NCBI GenBank assembly: GCA_040357565.1 | Contig: JBDODJ010000045.1 | From: Cercozoa sp. M6MM | Lineage: Eukaryota > Protista > Endomyxa: Ascetosporea | Direction: 5' to 3' (one strand) | DNA length: 64,000 nt | Part shown: piece after piece, positions 54,561 through 64,000 of the stretch | How the letters are laid out: each line of letters starts with the position of its first letter | Position numbering within the stretch: position 1 is the stretch's first letter | Notes under the pieces: generated by a model | What the model saw: the letters and a program-made list of their open reading frames with translations, nothing else | The model's database searches: none | Told to the model about the DNA's origin: nothing | Program-made: the position numbers and the translations under genes

Positions 54561-54950
54561 CAGCAGGCACAGTCAATGCTCGCGTGTTTGCGCCACAAAG
54601 CTTTGAGCCATACAATACGGCAGTTATGCTGTTTTCAGCCTTGCTAAGCGTTTTGTTCGGGTTGCAACTGTCCGCAACAACACAGCGACTTCGGACTTAG
54701 AAAGGCACACCGACCAGGCCTCCCCTGCAACTTTCAGGCTAGTAATTTCGTGTTGATACAACCTATTTTCTTAGTGTTATGTAAACTTGGTTGTTTGAGA
54801 ATCAGTCAAGCTCTCAGCAGCTGTTTCCGCTGGCCCATGATATTGCGAGTTGATGACGCCAACTTGAGACCTACGATATACATCATTAATGTGACCTAGG
54901 TAATTGCGAGCTGATTCCATTCAACTATCAAACCCACATTTCGCCTTTTA

Positions 54951-57900
54951 CTAGATGTGGCTGTGGCTGGGATCGCTGACGCTCGCTCCTTCATTGCGAA
55001 TTTGTGCGGTTCCGTCGGAACTTCTTATTTTTGCTCCGTTTCTTTTATGACTGAAGCTTACTTGCGGTAACTTTTTGGCCTGAACACGCGGACGGCTGTC
55101 AGTGTCGAAATCAACTAAAACTGTCAGTTGAGTCACCACGGTTATTTTTCCGGGTGAGTTCGTTTTTGTCTTCTAGCTGGACCTTCCTGCTTGACGATTC
55201 TACCGCGTTTGAAATGTTATGACTGAAAGGTTGGGTCGCTAACCTTTCATCGACTGAATCCGAGAACTATGGGGGCCCTTGTGCCAAGCTGATGGGCACT
55301 CCCGCTGCTCGCATTTGCTGCCTGACGCAAAACGACCAACAACAACCTCAAACTAAAGGAAGTCTGAGGACGAATTCTCTCTTACCGCAGCTGCTGTAGG
55401 AAGGCATGGCATTGCGGACGGTCTGCGAGGCCGCGCTCCGAGAGTGCCAGGCCGCAGTTTAACCCTGGGTTGTATGAAAGCCGAGTCAACTGAATGGTAT
55501 CTAAAATGCCAGCTTACAAATACGTGCGTGCTCTTTGTGTCCTGTTGCAAGAAGTCTTCCACCGTGACTACCACGATGCAGTATCAGCGAATTGCAAGCA
55601 CCTAGAAGTACTAGTAGAGACAGAGAAAGGGGCTACTTCCACACAATGGCGGCAGCAAAGGAGCCGAAGTGTTTCCCCGGTGCTAGTAGCCACTCCTGTC
55701 GATCTACATTGGCAGGCCCAGTTGTGGATATTAATTTATCTTAATCCCAGTAAGTAGAAATGCCAATAGATACCTCGCGCCATCGAGTACAACTGCAGGA
55801 CGATGCGAGGTACTTCTATCAGTCCACACGCATATGCCTGAAATCGGTGGGCCTACCTTTGGTACCAGCAACTGTTTTGGGAGAGCCTGAATATGTCGCT
55901 GCCAGCTGTAAGAGCAGTCCACAAGCGCGGAACGCCAGGGCCAAGTCCTCCACCTACGCGTATGGATCTGAGTTTTGGTGTCTGAGAGAATATGGATACG
56001 CGTACTTGCAGCGACGACAGAGGCAGCGTGAGGAAGTGCTTGAGTGCACTCGTCAAGACTTCGACACTCCCGTGGTACCAGAGACCCGACCTAACCCACC
56101 CATTCACATGCGTAGTACTCAGCAACCAAAGAATACGCGCAGTTAATCAGCTCAGACTTAGGTAATTTGTTACTCAAAACAGCGTCGGTGTTCGAACAGG
56201 AAGGAAGCCAGCGCGATCTGCAACGGCAGCGCGCACTCGCCAAAGTGCGGCAAGAACTCCCTGGCCACACGCGGGTCCTGCTCAAGCGTCTCAGTTTGTA
56301 TATTTGCACAAACGCTATTCGAATTGAACTGAGTATCACATGTGTCTCGTCGCGAATTAGCAATGCGAATGAAGCAAGCCACACGAAGAATTGGGCCACC
56401 ACAAGCTTGTCTGTCACACTGAGCGTCGCTCATCACAAGAGTAAAAAAGTTAATTGCAACGAGGCGTCAGTTTACGGAAACTTCGTCGTCAAAGTGTCAA
56501 TAATCGAGTCCAGGGCGCGCAGTTGTTGCAGTGAGAACTGCAGTTGCATACTGTCAGCCTGAATGTGTGCAAATAGTGTACTGTACATGTTGCTTTAGTA
56601 GATGCGCCCGCTTGAAGCAGTCGTGCAGGTGACCCAGCGTCGTATGCGCCACCACCTAGACACCAGTAATTTACTGTATCATATAGCAAGGCGTGGCTAC
56701 CTGTGCAACGTGTTGAGGCAATTCCTTGTCGCAGCCGTATGTCAGTATCTAATGTCGTATGAGTAAAACAAAAAATTACAGTTCAACTAAGTTTAAGATA
56801 AAACAGTTGAAACTGTACCTGTAAGCCAATCGCGAGGATAGGTGCCGTGAGCTCGTTGCGTTTCTCTCCAATCCAAGTGCGAGCCTGCAATTCCATCGAA
56901 ACACTGTCAACTTTCGGTGACGTACTCGTCGAGTACCAACAGCGACAACAAGGCCACACGAAGCGAATGCATTTCTGCAAGCATGTTTGGCACTTGTTTC
57001 GGCAACTGAGCGTCAGTTAATAAGTGATTTTAACTCCTAGTGAAGAAAGGAAAGCAAGACAGTACCTCAATGACTGTGCGAACCACGTCGTCGACACTCA
57101 CGACGTACAGTTGTTCTTGCTGCTGCTGCACGAACGGGTCACGGACGCCAGTCGCGTGCTTGTTTGAAAAGTCAAAGCTATCAGTTGCAATTGACAAACT
57201 GAAGGTAACTCGATTTAAAGTATTGCTCTGCTTTTTCTGTTACGCAAACAGGTCGAAAACGAGAGGCGAACGCATTTGAACGAGTGGTTGCATCAAGTGC
57301 TTCGTCATATTGACCACCTGAGAAGCGTTTCAGGATTTTGAATGCATATGTTGATATGCCTCAATACCACATGTGCAGGCAGGACACTGTAGTGTGCCAT
57401 CAGGATACGCGCACGTGTGGCAGTATGAATGTGTGACTGCTGCAACATGTACTGCACCGTCTACGGACAACCTGTGCTCAAGTGTTCACTAGGACAAACG
57501 GAGGAGGAGACTTACAGGTATCACATTCGGCAACTTGACCCAATTTCCCGATTCCCGAGAGCTATATAAAAGAAACCCTTAGTGGAGTTGAAAGCAAGCG
57601 GCACAGTTTGTATGTACCCTAGCAACTCAGCGACACACTGCTCGTGGTGAGCGCCCAAAACTTCGGCGTCCAAACTGAGTGCACACAACGAAGTGACAAG
57701 TGACTCCACTTGCGGCTTTGATTCGTTGCTGCTCCTGTTTGTGAGCACACTCTCATCGCAAGCACCCAACACTGGTACCTTGTACAGTAGGTGATTTACT
57801 CCTGAATGCCAAAGGTTATGCCTAGAATGCATGCATCTGCTTTGACTTGCTTCTCCGCTTGCACTGCATTCAGTTGTTGATAGAAGTGCCTTGCTACCCG

Positions 57901-60900
57901 ACAGAAGAAACTCAGCTGGAACAAACTCAGTTGAAAGTACCTGTGTCTGACACGAGTGCAGTACACAAGTCAAGGACTTCTTTGCAACGAGTCAACGCTC
58001 TCTGTACGCAATGCGGATTTGGAACTGAAAGATAGAATTTAAATTTAAGTTCAGACAATACTCTGCGTATCCACGATACGGCGTGCTGCCGGAACTGCAG
58101 CCACGTTTCGATCGGTTTCTCACCCATGTTCGACAGCACTGTAGCAGCAACAATAGACCCCTCCCCCCACTCAGCAAACGCTTGTACTCGAAGCTGAGTA
58201 CACACATTGCTCGACGAGAAAGTCGACGTTGAATTCGCTCCTTTCAACCAAATCGCTTTCGCTCGCGAATTGCGCAAACTCGTGCGAAAAGCGACGCGTA
58301 TCGGCATCAGTTTTGTTGTGTATCAGCAGCGACTTTGCACTCTAAATTCACAGCGAATCTCAAGAAAACTGCCTTCTCAGTGTTTTCAAATCACGAAATT
58401 GCCTGCAACAAGAAACGCTCCTCGCGAACGCAGTGTGTCGCATCGCCGGAGCGCAGCTTTGAAATCTCTGCCATTCCTTCGCTGAGCATTCGCATCTGGT
58501 TTTCAGTCTCCATATCCTGAAACATACGCCTTTACACAAAGCTCAATTCGGGTATGAATTAGTACATAATTTACTGGCCAATCTTCAAGTAAGCCCATCA
58601 CGAAAGCGGCGCATCCGCGCGGAAACAAATGTCGGCTTAGCTGCACGAGGCAGACCAGCGCACGCTCCACGTGTACCCTCTCTGTAGATTACGCAGAGCC
58701 AGATAAAATTGTTTCAACCTTCCAGTTTAAACTTGCCGTGGTTGTCGAGATCACGCGAGAAGAGTCGACACAGGTGCAGTGTCTCCGTTAAGCGCGTCGT
58801 GTTCTTGCTTCGCAGCAAATTCTCAGCTTGCTGTACCAACGAAAATGCCAGTCTGTTCCAGATGTCAATTTAGTTGTGAATTGTCGACTGAACGGGAGAA
58901 GTCTAAAGTTATCTCACAGTGCACGCGGTGCTTTGGGAAAGTTCGGCGTTCCAAACAGTGCTTGCATCGTGCGCCAGCTACTTTCATTGTTCGTAGTGAA
59001 AGTGCAAACCACCTGGAGGATTCACAATCAACAAGCAGTTCTTCTTGCCTTTGTCTTCGTAAATTCTGCGTGTGAAGGTGGTAAAACTACACTTTTTTGT
59101 GCGTGCTGAAGTGCTGTCGACACAAAGCAAGCTCCCAATCGCGCCAAGGTCATGTACAAAGAAGCGAGCTAAACAAGTTATATCAGTTTTTCGCCATTTT
59201 TGCAGAAATAAAAGTAAAACTTAACTTACCTGCGGTGTTTCTGGATTACTTCTTCGCAAAGCCCACTCTGTCAACTGCGTCGCTGCTTGCCAGGAACGCG
59301 CAGCCATGTTCCACACAACGGCTATTTAAACAACTCATGCGAATTCTCGCTGGATCGGGTATTAAATTACAAGGTCAGACGAGAAGGGTTTCGTACATGA
59401 GAACGCTGAAACCGAAGGATGCACGAGAATGCCCCGGATGAAATCGACACTGCTCCGCACCTTTTCTCTAAACCAAAAAAAAAAAACCGCAAAGGTTGCT
59501 TTCAGTAATCTCAGGACTTCGTAGTTTACATGACGTAGCGTCGTTCCTGAGTGGAACGTGAAGAAAAACACGCGTCATTACGCAGAAAGCTAACCTGCCA
59601 AACCAAGCGAAACAAGAAAACTGAAAAGCCAAACATTGCGCTGGTAAATTTACAGTGTGTTCGGCACGCTCGATCAAGGCAGTCAACGCAGGGATGTTTT
59701 CCAGCAACTCGACACCTACATACGCAGTACTCTTTCATAAGGCTATCGTTCTGCTTACCTTCCTCGTCGAGCTCAAAATTCTCACATAGCTTGCACTCGG
59801 TGTTGTTTTCTTTGCTTGCGCTGACATCCTCTTCCAGCATTAACAAACGATCGTAGATGCTCGAGACAGTAGGAAGTTCGTTCTCATTGCTTTAAGTTTA
59901 CATCATAAGAGGACATTGTTTTTGAGTACTGCCAATCTGGAGAACCCAGTGAAAAAAATGACGCACTTTGCAACGAAGCTTGACGTCAGGCTGCTAACCG
60001 ACGCTGTAGCGACGCTGCGAGCTCCCAGTGCAGCTTGTCGTCGTTTGCTGGTGAAACGCATGTTCTCTTAGGAGCACACGGCGATCTTCGTCCGCGTCAC
60101 AGTTTCGCTGCCACCGAACAACCTCGTTCACTACCGGATCAACTAACTGACGGCGCCGTGCATCCGTGCATTCGGCCACTTTTTAAAACCTAAGCACTCC
60201 GAGATATAATCGTCCCAAGATCGATCGAAATCAAGCTAAATATGTGAAAAGAGGTCGGTGGGGGTGGGGGGGGGTCAAATAGTGCAGTGCAATTAATATA
60301 AGTTTACTAAGTAGCGACGTCTCATTATAGCCACATCGTCTCTGGCGCTACGAGTTCGGCTTTGGAAAGAGCTGACGCAGACGCTCCAGCGCGCAGACGT
60401 GCGAAAGCGCGTGCAGCGTTGGCACCGAATTGCTCGTCGAAGTTCTATTGTAAAATATTACGTGCACATTTGCGTTTTATCATTTTTGTCTTTGATGTGC
60501 AGCGCTGGCTTGCATTCAAGAAAGCTGGGCTGTGCAGGACGAGATGCCGGTTTTGTCTCCGGCAACACCGTAGCATTGTAACGCTCGCAGGCGACAAACG
60601 AAGAGTGCCTTTTCTGTTTTTGCTTTGCTTTCTCTCTTGAGTCTCCCGAGTGACGCACTTTGAAACGTCGACGATGGCAGAGCCGGGTGCGAGATCGAGG
60701 TCTTTAGCCACGTCGTCAATGATGTCCTATGCAGAGAGTATGCACATGTACTAGACAGCATTATGAATAGAGATATATTGTAACCTAAAATCTGACAGTA
60801 CCTGCAACTGCTCCAGCATCTGCTGACGCGCATCGACCTGGAGGTTGGTCAGCGCCTTCTTCAAGAAGACACGCAGATTGAAGTCGCCCACAATGGCATC

Positions 60901-60950
60901 ACTAATTTACGCTTCGTCTTATCTTTGTGCGGAATACTCGACTGTGGCTC
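54951..60950 (-). CDS. Large multi-exon orphan coding region (possibly more than one gene), Leu-rich and helical
   Basis: Chain of minus-strand exons bounded by GT/AG (e.g. GVELLENIPALTALIERAEHT, VVWNMAARSWQAATQLTEWAL, TETLEQDPRVAREFLPHF); no family recognised. Confidence 0.4.
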
Positions 60951-61307
60951 GAGAGGATCAGAAACTTAACGTAAATTAAACCCGACCGAACGAGTTGGCA
61001 CGATGGTTGGCACGTGCATCGGACCGGGGAGTTATAAAACGAAGGAACCCCTGGCGCGGGTCGGACTGTATTCCGACTGTGCGGGCGGGTATGAGTCGCA
61101 CTGCGTCGAAAAACAGCGTTTTGGCGATCTCAAAATTCCTACGTTCAGCGCATCGGGCTAATTATTAGCACTCAAAACTGATGTATGACAACATTTAAAA
61201 AACAGATTTGAACGTCGCCTCCTTAATAATCATAAAATTATACTAACCTTCTTCATCTGTTGTTCTAGTGTGCGTACGCGTGTGGGCACTAAACACAGGC
61301 ACTAGGG

Positions 61308-63262
61308 ATGTCTGAGCCAAGCGCTCCGGCAGGCAAGTGCATGCCGTTGGCACTTCACCGTGCCTTTCTGGTCGAACTGGAGGCCCGATCGGGTGGTGCG
61401 TTGTACTTTTTTGTGTTTCCAGTGTACAAACACTCTTAAATTCCTCAATTCCGCGATGCGAAGGATTTCTGCTACAGCTGATGTCACATTTGAAGATTTC
61501 GGCGCTTTACTGGTACAATGTGCAAGCCCAGAATAATGCCACAAATCGACGCACTTGACAGGAGTGCCACGGCACTTGAACTGCTGCGTGGTGGCGATGG
61601 CGTGGAAGGTAGACCAGATTAACTAAATGGCACCCCGTTAATGCACTTTTATGACAGACTCACCGGGCGTGGAACTCCTCGATGTCGATCGTGTCGTCAG
61701 TTTTGTCACGCAGTGTCGTTGTCCTGGTGCACAGCAATACAAGTAGTCTGATGGTGTGCGTTAAAATACCGTGCATGTGCAGATGGAGGGTATGCCGGAA
61801 ATTTGGGTCATGACAGTCACTTGTTGCATACACTCTCTGCTATTCAGGTAGATACCTACTCTGGGTATAAAGGTATTTAAGATAAACGGGACACCTGACA
61901 GATCCTGGCGCTGTGCGGCAAGTTGAATGTTCTGACTCAAGAGGAGAAACTCGAAACTGCGCATTTTGTTGTAAAGCTTGTTCTCTACTTTTTTTTTGTT
62001 ATTTGTTTTTACAGTGTGTCATTGATACCAGGCGGGTTTGCAAGACCAAGAAACTGGTGCCTTTGCCGGCGACAGGTTCGGCGAAGTAGATTCGCGTTTC
62101 GTTGTATTTTAGGGCGGGGGGCCCTCCCTCTGTCAGTCCTATCCTATGTTACCTATGATCCTTATCACCTCTTCTTGTTCAGTACTGCGCTCTGAGCACT
62201 TTGTCGCTCCTGGGTTTCCTCAAGGTCGTCGTGACTGCCGAGGGCAAGTCGAGCGCCTCGCTGAGCGATGATTCGTTGCGAGTAGACCTGTCCAAGGCAA
62301 CGCAATGGCTGCTGGAGTGTCGCAACTTTGACGGCGGTTTCGGCAGTCGGCCTGGCTCCGAGTCGCACGCTGGGCAAAGTACCCTCGCTCCCCAAACTAC
62401 CTTGCCGTACTACCTTGTCGTACTGCCTATTGACACTCTTCGGATACAGTCTTCTGCTGCGTGGCCGCACTGGATATCCTGGGTCAAGTGTCGACGCACG
62501 TGCAGCGTGATGCACTGGGCTGGTGGGTTTCTGTACCGTTGCATGTATCAAAGGTTATGCGCCAAGTACCCAGGTGGCTGGCAGAGCGACAGCTGCCTTG
62601 CGGCGGTCTCAATGGCCGTCCCGAGAAGAAACAGGATGTGTGTTACTCCTGGTGGTAACTTGGTCCCTACCACGACAAGATGAGCCTGATATGCCTGACA
62701 TTTCTGTACCCTTGTACATCAATTAAACACAGGGTACTCTCGGCCATGCGCATCCTGGAGAGAGCGCACTGGATCGACGCCTCGCGTCTCGCTGACTTCA
62801 TTGCTGCCTGCCAGGACACGCAGGGTATGTGGTGAAAAGGGCCATTCAGGGGAGGGGTAGATAAAGATACGCTCGCTGTGCAGATGGAGGTATCGCTGAC
62901 CGCGTGGGCGACGAGCCTGACGTGTTTCACACTTTCTTTGGTCTCGCTGGACTCTCGCTGTTGCGCGTGGCCACCGACGGCTCCTGCAGTGACGAGGAAC
63001 ACGTTGAACTCGATGCCGGTACCTTTTGCTTCAGACAACACTTTCCTTTCTCTATGATTGGCTACACGAAGGCGAGCACTGCCAACTCAAGCGAATTGAC
63101 CCCACCTACGCTTTGCCTGTACCTATCCGTTTCAACAATCTCTGTGTTGTTGTTTGTTACCCCCCCCCCCCCCGTACAAAGGTCACACTGTGCCGCCAAC
63201 TCGGACTTTACGAGCAGCGTCACGACCTGCTGCAACGTGACTACGTGCGTCAGTGCCCATAG
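61308..63262 (+). CDS. RABGGTB: Rab geranylgeranyltransferase (GGTase-II) beta subunit, multi-exon
   Basis: [105 protein letters not shown]. Confidence 0.93.
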
Positions 63263-63825
63263 AGAATTAGTTCCAAACCAAAAGAACGGAACGAACGGGG
63301 TTAGATTTTTTTACGTCCGTCATGACGATGAGCGGACGGGAGGAACCTGAAGCGGCGTTGTAGATGCTAAAGCATCAACACGCGCAGCTCGAATGGTACA
63401 GTAACTAAAGCAAGGCTACGCCGCGCTAGCATACGACAGCTAGTCCGAGATCATAAACTCATCGCATTGACTATTACAGTCGCGTCCGGTAGTGATGGTG
63501 GTCCACCGGTAACGTAACTCAAGTACTCGTTGTAGATACGTACCGACGTTGCCAAGTTTGTACGCTATGTTGCGGTCGTCTTTTACAATTCAAAGGCCAG
63601 GTAGACTGTCGAAAGTGCATGCTACAGTGAGAACTTTCAATACCAATGCGCGAAACACTTCTGCAGCGCGCTGACCGGCACGACAAGGTGCGCCTGCGGC
63701 GAGGTGCCTGCACAGTAGTACAACTAAAGTGTGAGTCAAATCACACTACTATACTGAGGTACAGCGTGTCCTTGATCATCTCTAGGACCTGCGCCGGCAA
63801 GTCGAACCTTCTATCGAGCCGAGTA

Positions 63826-64000
<175 letters not shown>

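Noticed and set aside
56780-57340. SWIM-like FCKHVW and PX-like ERRTHLNEWL on the + strand
   Set aside because: Isolated short matches without the rest of either domain, apparently antisense to the minus-strand gene
46200-61000. Degenerate transposon or endogenous giant-virus region
   Set aside because: No transposase, integrase, capsid or polymerase motifs; the fragments resolve into spliced host-type genes

Overview
Gene-dense, very intron-rich nuclear DNA from a flagellated protist. A SAR-lineage origin is inferred from the CGGGKC-type thioredoxin reductase. The ORF track is fragmented by many short (~50-70 nt) GT-AG introns, so I spliced the genes by hand; exon boundaries and some gene ends are approximate. 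Genes in order: DRC7 (3' part), GDPD, SEC14-GOLD, ADP1-like ABCG, an unknown membrane protein, a Frizzled/Smoothened-like 7TM receptor, a MORN protein, an FMC1/LYR-like protein, mitochondrial Lon, TrxR, VIT-VWA, a small TM/coiled-coil protein, a PH-domain protein, an inositol 5-phosphatase, GAS8/DRC4, an ankyrin protein, an FCP/SCP phosphatase, a receptor-like pseudokinase, a large orphan gene and Rab GGTase beta. Main observations: (1) Lon carries a ~100-aa insertion with a Rho_N/HeH-like nucleic-acid-binding motif just before Walker A. (2) A ~120-170 nt dispersed element occurs at three loci, always in sense orientation just downstream of a stop codon, and two copies are flanked by direct repeats. 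(3) Splice donors largely lack the canonical +4A/+5G, at extreme intron density. All family calls come from motif recognition by eye; no database searches were run.
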